A stretch of 64,000 bases of DNA from the NCBI RefSeq assembly GCF_009914755.1, contig NC_060928.1, one strand, 5' to 3'. The notes beneath the pieces are model-generated. The model worked only from the letters and a program-made list of their open reading frames with translations, had not been told where the DNA came from and did no database searches. Positions within the stretch are counted from its first letter, which is position 1; every line of letters starts with the position of its first letter. Shown here piece after piece: positions 12,547 to 28,099 of the stretch. The position numbers were made by a program, and so were the translations under genes. Source of the stretch: the human T2T-CHM13v2.0 reference genome, Homo sapiens.

Positions 12547-15500
12547 TCTGATATTTTCTGTACAGTGTATAATACATAATTTGGGTACTTTGATATTTTA
12601 TGTACAGCATATAATACATACGTTGGGTACTTTGATATATTATGTACAGTATATAATACATACTTTGGGTACTTTGATATTTTATGTACAGTATATAATC
12701 CATAGTTTGTGTACTTTTATATTTTATGTACAGTATATAATACATACTTTGGGTACTTTGATATTTTATGTACAGTATATAATACATACTTTGGGTACTT
12801 TCATGTTTTATGTACAGTATATAATATATAGTTTGGGTACTTTGATATTTTATCTACAGCTTATAATACTTACTTTGGGTAATTTGATATTTTATGTGCA
12901 GTATATAATACATACTTTGGGTAGTTTGATATTTTATGTACAGTATACAATATATAGTTTGAGTACTTTGATATTTTATGTGCAGTATAAAATATATAGT
13001 GTTGGTACTTTGATGTTTTATGTACAGTATATATTTTGAGTACTTTGATATTTTGTGTACAGTTTATTATAAATGTTTGGGTACTTTCATATTTGATGTA
13101 CAGTATATAATACATAATTTGGGCACTTTGATATTTTATGTACAGTATATAATACATACTTTGGGTACTTTTATATTTTATGTACAGTATATAATACATA
13201 CTCTGGGCACTTTGATATTTAATGTACAGTATATAATACACACTTTGCGTACTTTGATATTTTATGTAACGTATGTAATACATACTTTGGGTAGTTTGAT
13301 ATTTTATGTACAGTATGTAGTACACACTTTGGGTACTTTGATATTTTATGTACAGTATGTAAAACATACTTTGGGTAGTTTGATATTTTATGATCAGTAT
13401 ATAATACACATTTTGGGTACCTTGATATTTTATGTACAGTATATAATACATACTTTGGGTACTTTGATATTTTATGTACAGTATATAATGCATACCTTAG
13501 GTACTTTGATAGTTTTTGTACAGTATATAATACATACTTTGGGTACTTTGATATTTTATGTACAGTATATAATACATAGTTTGGGTACTTTGATATTTTA
13601 TGTACAGTATATAATACATACTTTGGGTACTTTGATATTTTATCTACAGTGTATAATATATACTTTGGGTACTTTGATATATTATGTACAGTATATAATA
13701 CATACTTTGGGTACTTTGATATTTTATGTACAGTATATAATACATACTTTGGGTACTTTGATATTTTATGTACAGTATATAATACATACTTTCAGTAGTT
13801 TGATATTTTATGTACAGTATATAATATATAGTTTGGGTACTTTGATATTTTATGTACAGTATATAATACATAGTTTGGGTACTTTGATATTTTATGTACA
13901 GTATATAATACATACTTTCGGTACTTTGATATTTTATGTACAGTATATAATATATAGTTTGGGTACTTTGATAATTTATGTACAGTGTATAACACATACT
14001 TTGGGTACTTTGATATTTTATGTACAGTATATAATACATACTTTGGGTACTTTGATATTTTATATACAGTATATAATACATACTTTGGGTACTTTCATAT
14101 TTCATGTACAGTTTATAATATATAGTTTGAGTACTTTGGTATATTATGTACTGTATATAATACATACTTTGGGTACTTTGATATTTTATGTACAGTATAT
14201 AATACATACTTTGGGTACTTTGATATTTTATGTACAGTATACAATATATACTTTGACTACTTTGATATTTTATGTCCAGTATAGAATATATAGTTTTGGT
14301 AGTTTGATATTTTATGTACAGTATATAGTTTGAGTACATTGATATTTTATGTACACTTTATTATAAATGTTTGGATACTTTCATATTTTATGTACAGTAT
14401 ATAATACATACTTTGGGCACTTTGATATTTTATGTACAGTATACAATACATACTTTGGGTACTTTGATATTTTATGTACAGTATATAATACATAATTTGG
14501 GTACTTTGATATTTTATGTACAGTATATAATGCATACTTTGGGTACTTTGATGTTTTATGTACAGTATATAATACATACTTAGGGTACTTTGACATTTTA
14601 TGTGCAGTACATAATACATACTTTGGATACTTTGTTATTTTAAATACAGTATGTAATACATATTTTGGGTACTTTGATATTTTATGTACAGTATATAATA
14701 CATACTTTGGTACTTTTATATTTCATGTACAGTATATAATATATAGTTTGGGTACTTTGATATTTTATGTACAGTATATAATACATAGTTTGGGTATTTT
14801 GATATTTTATGTACAGTATATAATACATACTTTGGGTACTTTGATATTTTATGTACAGTATATAATATATAGTTTGGGTACTTTGATAATTTATGTGCAG
14901 TATATAACACATACTTTCGGTAGTTGGATATTTTATGTACAGTATATAATACATACTTTGGGTACATCGATATTTGATGTACAGTATACTATATATAGTT
15001 TGGGTACTTTGATATTTTATGTCGGGTACAAAACAAATAGTTTTGGTACTTAGATATTTTATGTACAGTATATAGTTTGAGTACTTTGATATTTTATGTA
15101 CAGTTTATTATTAATGGGTGCTTTCATATTTTATGTACAGTATATAATACATACTATGGGCACTTTGATATTTTATGTACAGTATATAATACATACTTTG
15201 GGTACTTTGATATTTTATGTACACTACATAATACATACTTTGGGTACTTTGATATTTTATGTACAGTACATAATATATAGTTTGGGTACTTTGATATTTT
15301 ATGTGCAGTATATAACACATACTTTCGGTACTTGGACATTTTATGTACAGTATATAATACATAATTTGGGTACTTCCATATTTTATGTACAGTATGCTAT
15401 ATATAGTTTGGGTACTTTGATATTTTATGTCCAGTATAAAATAAAAAGTTTTGGTAATTCGATATTTTATGTACAGTGTATCGTTTGAGTACTTTGATAT

Positions 15501-16599
15501 TTAATGTACAGTTTATTAAAAATGTTCGGGTGCTTTCATATTTTATGTACAGTATATAATACATACTTTGAGCACTTTGATATTTTATGTACAGTATATA
15601 ATACATACTTTGGGTAATTTGATATTTTATGTACAGTATATAATACATACATTGGGTACTTTGATATTTTATGTACAGTATATAATATATAGTTAGGGTA
15701 CTTTGATATTTCATATACAGTATATAATATATATTATGTGTACTTTGATATATTATGTACAGTATATAATATATAGTTTGGGTAATTTGATATTTTATGT
15801 ACAGTATACAATATATAGTATTGGTACTTTGACATTTCATGTAAAGTATATAGTTTGAGTACTTTGATATTTTATATACAGTTTATTATAAATGTTTGGG
15901 TACCTTCCTATTTTATGTAGAGTATATAATACATACTTTGGGAACTTTTATTTTATGTGCAGTATATAATACATACTTTGGGTACTTTGATATTTTATGT
16001 ACAGTATATAATACATACTATTGGTACTTTGATATTTTATGTACAGTATACAATATATAGTTTGAGTACTTTGATATTTTATGTCCAGTATAAAATATAT
16101 AGATTTCATACTTTGATATTTTATGTACTGAATGTAGTTTGAGTACTTTGATATTTTATGTACACTTTATTATAAAAGTTTGGGTACTTTCATATTTTAC
16201 GTACAGTATATAATACATACTTTGGGCACTTTGATGTTTTATGTACAGTATATAATACATACTTTGGGTTCTTTGATATTTTATGTACAGCATATAATAC
16301 ATAATTTGGGGACTTTTATATTTTATGTACATTATATTATACATACTTTGGGTACTTTTATATTTTATGTACGGTATATAATACACACTTTGGGTACTTT
16401 GATATATTATGTACAGTATATAATACATGCTTTGGGTACTTTGATATATTATGTACAGTATATAATACATACTAAGGGTACTTTGACATTTTATGTACAG
16501 TACATAATACATACTTTGGGTACTTTGATATTTTATGTACAGTATATAATGCATACTTTGGATACTTTGATATTTTATGTACAGTATATAATACATACT

Positions 16600-19260
16600 T
16601 TGGGTACTTTGATATTTTATGTACAGTATATAATGCATAATTTGGGTACTTCAATAGTTTATGCACAGTATATAATACATTCTTTGGGTAATTTGATATT
16701 TTATGTACAGTATATAATGCATACTTTGGGTACTTTGATAGTTTATGTACAGTATACAATACATACTTTGGGTACTTTGATATTTTATGTACAGTATATA
16801 ATATGTAGTTTGGGTACTTTGATATTTTAACTACAGTATATAATACATACTTTGGGTACTTTGATATTTTATCTACAGTATATAATAGATAATTTGGGTA
16901 CTTTGATATATTATGTACAGTATATAATACATAGTTTGGTTACTTTGATATTTTTTGTACAGTATGTAAAACATACTTTGGGGAGTTTGATATTTTATGA
17001 GCAGTATATAATACACATTTTGGGTACTTTGATATTTTATGTACGGTATATAATACATACTTTGGGTACTTTGATATTTTATGTACAGTATATAATTCAT
17101 ACTTTGGGTACTTTGATATTTTATGTGCAGTATATAATACATACATTGGGTACTTCGATATTTTATGTGCAGTACCCTATATATAGTTTGGGTACTTTGA
17201 TATTTTATGTCCAGTATAAAATAAATAGTTTTGGTACTTTGATATTTTATGTACAGTATATAGTTTGAGTACTTTGATATTTAATGTTCAGTTTATTATA
17301 AATGTTTGGGTGCTTTCATATTTTATATACAGTATATAATACATACTTTGGGCACTTTGATATTTTCTGTACAGTATATAATACATACTTTGTGTACTTT
17401 GATATTTTATGTACGGTATATAATACATACATTGGGTACTTTGATATTTTATGTAAAGTATATAATATATAGTTTGGTTAGTTTGATATTTTATATACAG
17501 TATATAATATATATTATGTGTACTTTGATATATTATGTACAGTATATAATATATAGTATGGGTTGTTTGATATTTTATGTACAGTATATAATATATAGTT
17601 TGGGTAGTTTGATATTTTTAGTACAGTATGTAATATATAGTTTGTTTTATTTGATATTTTATGTACAGTATACAATATATAGTATTGGTACTTTGATATT
17701 TCATGTAAAGTATATAGTTTGAGTACTTTGATATTTTATATGCAGTTTATTATAAATGTTTGGGTACCTTCATATTTTATGTACAGTATATAATACATAC
17801 TTTGGGAACTTTTATTTTATGTGCAGTATATAATACATACTTTGGGTACTTTGATATTTCATGTACAGTATATAATACACACTTTGGGTACTTTGATATT
17901 TTATGTACAGTATATAATACACCCTTTGGGTAGTTTGATATTTTATGTACAGTATATAATACATACTTTGGGTACTTTGATGTATTATGTACAGTATATA
18001 ATACATACTTTGGGTACTTTGATATTTTATGTACAGTATATAATACATACTTTGGGTACTTTGATATTTTATGTACAGTATGTAATACATAATTTGGGTA
18101 CTTTAATATTTTATGTATAGTATATAATACTTACTTTGGGTACTTTGATATTTTATGGACAGTGTATAATACATACTTTGGGTTCTTTGATATTTTATGT
18201 ACAGTATATAACATATAGTTTGGGTACTTTGATATTTTATATACAGTATATAATACATACTTTGGGTACTTTGATATTTTATGTACAGTATATAATACAT
18301 ACTTTGGGTACTTTGATATTTCATGCACAGTATACAATATATAGTTTGAGTACTTTGATATTTTATGTACTGTATAAAATATATAGTTTTCGTACTTTGA
18401 TATTTTATGTACAGTATATAGTTTGAGTACGTTGATATTTTATGTACAGTTTGTTATAAATGTTTGGGTGCTTTCATATTTTATGTACAGTATATAATAC
18501 ATACTTTGGGCACTTTGATATCTTATGTACAGTATATAATACATACTTTGGGTTCTCTGATATTTTCTGTACAGTGTATAATACATAATTTGGGTACTTT
18601 GATATTTTATGTACAGCATATAATACATACGTTGGGTACTTTGATATATTATGTACAGTATATAATACATACTTTGGGTACTTTGATATTTTATGTACAG
18701 TATATAATCCATAGTTTGTGTACTTTTATATTTTATGTACAGTATATAATACATACTTTGGGTACTTTGATATTTTATGTACAGTATATAATACATACTT
18801 TGGGTACTTTCATGTTTTATGTACAGTATATAATATATAGTTTGGGTACTTTGATATTTTATCTACAGCTTATAATACTTACTTTGGGTAATTTGATATT
18901 TTATGTACAGTATATAATACATACTTTGGGTAGTTTGATATTTTATGTACAGTATACAATATATAGTTTGAGTACTTTGATATTTTTTGTGCAGTATAAA
19001 ATATATAGTGTTGGTACTTTGATGTTTTATGTACAGTATATATTTTGAGTACTTTGATATTTTGTGTACAGTTTATTATAAATGTTTGGGTACTTTCATA
19101 TTTGATGTACAGTATATAATACATAATTTGGGCACTTTGATATTTTATGTACAGTATATAATACATACTTTGGGTACTTTTATATTTTATGTACAGTATA
19201 TAATACATACTCTGGGCACTTTGATATTTAATGTACAGTATATAATACACACTTTGCGTA
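16600..19260. repeat. ~2.7-kb module also present at ~29880-32540 (+13,281) and, rearranged, at ~10840-13260 (-5,765/-6,009)
   Basis: ORF offsets 16852->30133, 17306->30587, 18136->31417, 18464->31745 and 19029->32310 are all 13,281. Also 11087->16852 = 5,765 and 13020->19029 = 6,009. Confidence 0.85.
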
Positions 19261-22200
19261 CTTTGATATTTTATGTAAAGCATGTAATACATACTTTGTG
19301 CAGTTTGATATTTTATGTACAGTATGTAATACACACTTTGGGTACTTTCATATTTTATGTACAGTATGTAAAACATACTTTGGGTGGTTTGATATATTAT
19401 GTACAGTATATAATACATACTTTGGGTACTCTGATATTTTATGTACAGTGTATAATACATACTTTGGGTACTTTGATATTTTATGTACAGTATATAATAC
19501 ATACATTGGGTACTTTGATATATTATGTACAGTATATAATACTTACTTGGGGTACTTTGATATTTTATGTACAGTATATAATACATACTTTGTGTACTTT
19601 GATATTTTATCTACAGTGTATAATATATACTTTGGGTATCTTGATATTTTATGTACAGTATATAATACATACTTTGAGTACTTTGATATTTTATGTACAG
19701 TATATAATACATACTTTGGATACTTTGATATTTTATGTACAGTATATAATACATACTTTGGGTACTTTGATATTTTATGTACAGTATATAATACATACTT
19801 TCGGTACTTTGATATTTTATGTACAGTATATAATATATAGTTTGGGTACTTTGATATTTTATGTACAGTATATAATACATACTTTGGGTACTTTGATATT
19901 TTATGTACAGAATATAGTTTGAGTACTTTGATATTTTATGTACACTTTATTATAAATGTTTGGGTACTTTCATATTCTATGTACAGTATATAATACATAC
20001 TTTGGTCTCTTTGATGTTTTATGTACAGTATATAATACATACTTTGGGTTCTTTGATATTTTATGTGCAGAATATAATGCATAGTTTTAGGTACTTTTAT
20101 ATTTTATGTACAGTATATAATACATACTTTGGGTACTTTGATATTTTATGTACAGTGTATAATACATACTTTGGGAACTTTGATATTTTATGTACAGTAT
20201 GTAATACATACTTTGGGTACTTTGATATTTTATGTACAGTATATAATACATATTATTGGCACGTTGATATTTTATGTACAGTATACAATATATAGTTTGA
20301 GTACTTTGATATTTTATGTCCAGTATAAAATACATAGATTTCATACTTTGATATTTTATGTACAGAATATAGTTTGAGTACTTTGATATTTTATGTACAC
20401 TTTATCATAAAAGTTTGGGTACTTTCATATTTTACGTACAGTATATAATACATACTTTGGGCACTTTGATGTTTTATGTACAGTATATAATACATACTTT
20501 GGGTTCTTTGATATGTTATGTACAGCATATAGTACATAATTTGGGGACTTTTATATTTTATGTACATTATATAATACATACTTTGGGTACTTTTATATTT
20601 TATGTACGGTATATAATACATACTTTGGGAACTTTGATATATTATGTACATTATATAATACATACTTTGGGTACTTTGTTATATTATGTACAGTATATAA
20701 TACATACTTAGGGTACTTTGACATTTTATGTACAGTACATAATACATACTTTGGGTACTTTGATATTTTATGTACAGTATATAATATATACTTTGGGTAC
20801 TTTGATATTTTATGTACAGTATATAATATATGATTTGGGTACTTTTACATTTTATGTACAGTATTTAATATATAGTTTGGGTACTTTGATATTTTATGTA
20901 CGGTATATAATACATACTTTGGGTACTTTGATATTTTATGTACAGTATATAATACATACTTTGGGTACTTTGATATTTTATGTACAGTATATAATACATA
21001 CTTTGGGTACTTTGATATTTAATGTACAGTATATAATACACACTTTGCGTACTTTGATATTTTATGTAAAGTATGTAATACATACTTTGGGTACTTTGAT
21101 ATTTTATCTACAGTATGTAATACACGCTTTGGGTACTTTGATATTTTATGTAGAGTATGTAAAACATACTTTGGGTACTTTGGTATTTTATGGTCAGTAT
21201 ATAATACATATTTTGGGTACTTTGATATTTTATGTACAGTATATAATGCATAATTTGGGTACTTCAATAGTTTATGCACAGTATATAATACATACTTTGG
21301 GTAATTTGATATTTTATGTACAGTATATAATGCATACTTTGGGTACTTTGATAGTTTATGTACAGTATACAATACATACTTTGGGTACTTTGATATTTTA
21401 TGTACAGTATATAATATGTAGTTTGGGTACTTTGATATTTTAACTACAGTATATAATACATACTTTGGGTACTTTGATATTTTATCTACAGTATATAATA
21501 GATACTTTGGGTACTTTGATATATTATGTACAGTATATAATACATAGTTTGGTTACTTTGATATTTTTTGTACAGTATGTAAAACATACTTTGGGGAGTT
21601 TGATATTTTATGAACAGTATATAATACACATTTTGGGTACTTTGATATTTTATGTACGGTATATAATACATACTTTGTGTACTTTGATATTTTATGTACA
21701 GTATATAATTCATACTTTGGGTACTTTGATATTTTATGTACAGTATATAATACATACTTTGGGTACTTTGATATTTTATAAACAGTATATAATACATACT
21801 TTGGGTACTTTGATATTTTATGTACTGTATATAATACATACTTTGGGTACTTTTATATTTTATGTACAGTATATAATATATAGTTTGGGTAATTTGATAT
21901 TTTATGTACGGTATATACTACATACTTTGGGTACTTTGATATTTTATGTATAGTATATAATACATACTAAGCGCACTTTGATATTTTATGTACAGTATAT
22001 AATACATACTTTGGTTACTCTGATATTTTATGTACAGTGTATAATACATACTTTGTGTACTTTGATATTTTTTCTATAGTATATAGTTTGAGTACTTTGA
22101 TATTTTATGTACAGTTTTTTATAAATATTTGGGTGCTTTCATATTTTATGTACAGTATATAATACATACTAAGCGCACTTTAATATTTTATGTACAGTAT

Positions 22201-25200
22201 ATAATACATACTTTGGTTACTCTGATATTTTATGTACAGTGTATAATACATACTTTGGGTACTTTGATATTTTATGTACAATATATAATACATACGTTGA
22301 GGACTTTGATATATTATGTACATTATATAATTCATACTTTGGGTACTTTGATATTTTATGTACAGTATATAATACATAGTTTGTGTACTTTGATATTTTA
22401 TGTACAGTATATAATACATACTTTGGGTACTTTGATATTTTATATACAGTATATAATACATACTTTGGGTACTTTCATATTTTATGTACAGTATATAATA
22501 TATAGTTTGGGTACTTTGATATTTTATCTACAGCTTATAATACATACTTTGGGTACTTTGATATTTTATGTACACTATATAATACATACTTTGGGTAGTT
22601 TGATATTTTATGTACAGTATACAATATATAGTTTGAGTACTTTGATATTTTATGTGCAGTATAAAATATATAGTTTTCGTACTTTGATATTTTATGTACA
22701 GTTTATAGTTTGAGTACTTTGATATTTTATGTACAGTTTATTATAAATGTTTGGGTACTTTCATATTTGATGTACAGTATATAATACATAATTTGGGCAC
22801 TTTGATATTTTATGTACAGTATATAATACATACTTTGGGTAGTTTTCTATTTTATGTACAGTATATAATACATACTTTGTTTACTTTGATATTTAATGTA
22901 CAGTATATAATACACACTTTGCGTACTTTGATATTTTATGTAAAGCATGTAATACATAATTTGGGCAGTTTGATATTTTATGTACAGTATGTAATACACA
23001 CTTTGGGTACTTTGATATTTTATGTACAGTATGTAAAACATACTTTGGGTAGTTTGATATATTATGTACAGTATATAATGCATACTTTGGGTACTCTGAT
23101 ATTTTATGTACAGTGTATAATACATACTTTGGGTACTTTGATATTTTATGTACAGTACATAATACATACATTGGGTACTTTGATATATTATGTACAGTAT
23201 ATAATACTTACTTGGGGTACTTTGATATTTTATGTACAGTATATAATACATAGTTTGTGTACTTTGATATTTTATGTACAGTATATAATACATACTTTGG
23301 GTACTTTGATATTTTATGTACAGTATATAATACATACTTTGGGTATCTTGATATTTTATGTACAGTATATAATGCATAATTTGGGTACTTTGATATTTTA
23401 TGTACAGTATATAATGCATACTTTGAGTACTTTGATATTTTATGTACAGTATGTAATACATACTTTGGGTACTTTGATATTTTATGTATAGTATATTATA
23501 CATACTTTGTGTAGTTTGATATTTTATGTACACTATACAATATATAGTTTGAGTACTTTGATATTTTATGTCCAGTATAAAATATATAGTTTTCCTAATT
23601 GATATTTTATGTACAGAATATAGTTTGAGTACTTTGATATTTTATGTACAGTATATAGTTTGAGTACTTTGATATTTAATGTTCAGTTTATTATAAATGT
23701 TTGGGTGCTTTCATATTTTATATACAGTATATAATACATACTTTGGGCACTTTGATATTTTCTGTACAGTATATAATACATACTTTGGGTACTTTGATAT
23801 TTTATGTACGGTATATAATACATACATTGGGTACTTTGATATTTTATGTAAAGTATATAATATATAGTTTGGTTAGTTTGATATTTTATGTACAGTATAT
23901 AATATATATTATGTGTACTTTGATATATTATGTACAGTATATAATATATAGTATGGGTTGTTTGATATTTTATGTACAGTATATAATATATAGTTTGGGT
24001 AGTTTGATATTTTTAGTACAGTATGTAATATATAGTTTGTTTTATTTGATATTTTATGTACAGTATACAATATATAGTATTGGTACTTTGATATTTCATG
24101 TAAAGTATATAGTTTGAGTACTTTGATATTTTATATGCAGTTTATTATAAATGTTTGGGTACCTTCATATTTTATGTACAGTATATAATACATACTTTGG
24201 GAACTTTTATTTTATGTGCAGTATATAATACATACTTTGGGTACTTTGATGTTTCATGTACAGTATATAATACACACTTTGGGTACTTTGATATTTTATG
24301 TACAGTATATAATACATACTTTGGGTACTTTGATATTTCATGCACAGTATACAATATATAGTTTGAGTACTTTGATATTTTATGTACTGTATAAAATATA
24401 TAGTTTTGGTACTTTGATATTTTATGTACAGTATATAGTTTGAGTACTTTGATATTTTATGTACAGTTTGTTATAAATGTTTGGGTGCTTTCATATTTTA
24501 TGTACAGTATATAATACATACTTTGGGCACTTTGATATCTTATGTACAGTATATAATACATACTTTGGGTTCTCTGATATTTTCTGTAGAGTGTATAATA
24601 CATAATTTGGGTACTTTGATATTTTATGTACAGCATATAATACATACGTTGGGTACTTTGATATATTATGTACAGTATATAATACATACTTTGGGTACTT
24701 TGATATTTTAAGTACAGTATATAATCCATAGTTTGTGTACTTTTACATTTTATGTACAGTATATAATACATACTTTGGGTACTTTTATATTTTATGTACA
24801 GTATATAATACATACTTTGGGTACTTTCATGTTTTATGTACAGTATATAATATATAGTTTGGGTACTTTGATATTTTATCTACAGCTTATAATACTTACT
24901 TTGGGTAATTTGATATTTTATGTACAGTATATAATACATACTTTGGGTAGTTTGATATTTTATGTACAGTATACAATATATAGTTTGAGTACTTTGATAT
25001 TTTATGTGCAGTATAAAATATATAGTGTTGGTATTTTGATGTTTTATGTACAGTATATATTTTGAGTACTTTGATATTTTGTGTACAGTTTATTATAAAT
25101 GTTTGGGTACTTTCATATTTGATGTACAGTATACAATACATAATTTGGGCACTTTGATATTTTATGTACAGTATATAATACATACTTTGGGTACTTTTAT

Positions 25201-28099
25201 ATTTTATGTACAGTATATAATACATACTTTGGGTACTTTGATATTTTATGTACAGTATATAATACATACTTTGGGTACTTTGATATTTTATGTACAGTAT
25301 ATAATACATACTTTCGGTACTTTGATATTTTATGAACAGTATATAATATATAGTTTGGGTACTTTGATAATTTATGTACAGTGTATAACACATACTTTGG
25401 GTACTTTGATATTTTATGTACAGTATATAATACATACCTTGGGTACTTTTATATTTTATGTACAGTATATAATACATACTTTGGGTACTTTCATATTTCA
25501 TGTACAGTTTATAATATATAGTTTGGGTACTTTGGTATATTATGTACTGTATATAATACATACTTTGGGTACTTAGATATTTTATGTACAGTATATAATA
25601 CATACTTTGGGTACTTTGATATTTTATGTACAGTATACAATATATACTTTGACTATTTTGATATTTTATGTCCAGTATAGAATATATAGTTTTGGTAGTT
25701 TGATATTTTATGTACAGTATATAGTTTGAGTACATTGATATTTTATGTACACTTTATTATAAATGTTTGGATACTTTCATATTTTATGTACAGTATATAA
25801 TACATACTTTGGGCACTTTGATATTTTATGTACAGTATACAATACATACTTTGGGTAATTTGATATTTTATGTACAGTATATAATACATACATTGGGTAC
25901 TTTGATATTTTATGTACAGTATATAATATACAGTTAGGGTACTTTGATATTTTATATACAGTATATAATATATATTATGTGTACTTTGATATATTATGTA
26001 CAGTATATAATATATAGTTTGGGTAATTTGATATTTTATGTACAGTATACAATATATAGTATTGGTACTTTGATATTTCATGTAAAGTATATAGTTTGAG
26101 TACTTTGATATTTTATATACAGTTTATTATAAATGTTTGGGTACCTTCATATTTTATGTACAGTATATAATACATACTTTGGGAACTTTTATTTTATGTG
26201 CAGTATATAATACATACTTTGGGTACTTTGATATTTTATGTACAGTATATAATACACACTTTGGGTACTTTGATATTTTATGTACAGTATATAATACACA
26301 CTTTGGGGACTTTGATATTTTATGTACAGTATATAATACATACTTTGGGTACTTTGATGTATTATGTACAGTATATAATACATACTTTGGGTACTTTGAT
26401 ATTTTATGTACAGTATATAATACATACTTTGGGTACTTTGATATTTTATCTACAGTATATAATACATACTATGGGTACTTTAATATTTTATGTATAGTAT
26501 ATAATACCTACTTTGGGTAATTTGATATTTTGTGGACAGTATATAATACATGCTTTGGGTAAGTTGATATTTTATGTACAGTATATAATATATAGTTTGG
26601 GTACTTTGATATTTTATATACAGTATATAATACATACTTTGGGTACTTTGATATTTTTTGTACAGTATATAAAACATACTTTGGGGAGTTTGATATTTTA
26701 TGAACAGTATATAATACACATTTTGGGTACTTTGATATTTTATGTACAGTATATAATACATACTTTGGGTACTTTGATATTTTACGTACAGTATATAATA
26801 CATACGTTGGGTACTTTGATATTTTATGTACAGTATATAATACATACATTGGATACTTCGATATTTTATGTGCAGTACCGTATATATAGTTTGGGTATTT
26901 TGATATTTTATGTCGAGTATAAAATAAATAGTTTTGTTACTTTGATATTTTATGTACAGGTTATAGTTTGAGTACTTTGATATTTAATGTTCAGTTTATT
27001 ATAAATGTTTGGGTGCTTTCATATTTTATATACAGTATATAATACATACTTTGGGCACCTTGATATTTTATGTACAGTATATAATACATACTTTGAGTAC
27101 TTTGATATTTTATGTACGGTATATAATACATACATTGGGTACTTTGATATTTTATGTACAGTATATAATATATAGTTTGGGTACTTTGATATTTTATATA
27201 CAGTATATAATATATATTATGTGTACTTTGATATATTCTGTGCAGTATATAATATATAGTTTGGGTTGTTTGATATTTTATGTACAGTATATAATATATA
27301 GTTTGGGTAGTTTGATATTTTAAGTACAGTATGTAATATATAGTTTGTGTTATTTGATATTTTATGTACAGTATACAATATATAGTACTGGTACTTTGAT
27401 ATTTCATGTAAAGTATATAGTTTGAGTACTTTGATATTTTATATACAGTTTATTATAAATGTTTGGGTACCTTCATATTTTATGTACAGTATATAATACA
27501 TACTTTGGGAACTTTTATTTTATGTGCAGTATATAATACATACTTTGGGTACTTTGATATTTTATGTACAGTATATAATACACACTTTGGGTACTTTGAT
27601 ATTTTATGTACAGTATATAATACACACTTTGGGTAGTTTGATATTTTATGTACAGTATATAATACATACTTTGGGTACTTTGATGTATTATGTACAGTAT
27701 ATAATACATACTTTGGGTACTTTGATATTTTATGTACAGTATATAATACATACTTTGGGTACTTTCATATTTCATGTACAGTATATAATATATAGTTTGG
27801 GTACTTTGGTATATTATGTACTGTATATAATACATACTTTGAGTACTTTGATATTTTATGTACAGTATATAATACACACTTTGGGTACTTTGATATTTTA
27901 TGTACAGTATATAATACACACTTTGGGTACTTTGATATTTTATGTACAGTATATAATACATACTTTGGGTACTTTGATGTATTATGTACAGTATATAATA
28001 CATACTTTGGGTACTTTGATATTTTATGTACAGTATATAATACATACTTTGGGTACTTTGATATTTTATGTACAGTATGTAATACACACTTTGGGTACT

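Noticed and set aside
27575-28020. Possible 294-bp tandem duplication (CACACT, CACACT, GATGTATT series seen twice)
   Set aside because: Only about three weakly diagnostic monomers recur, and the intervening monomers differ, so it was too weak to call as a discrete duplication by eye.
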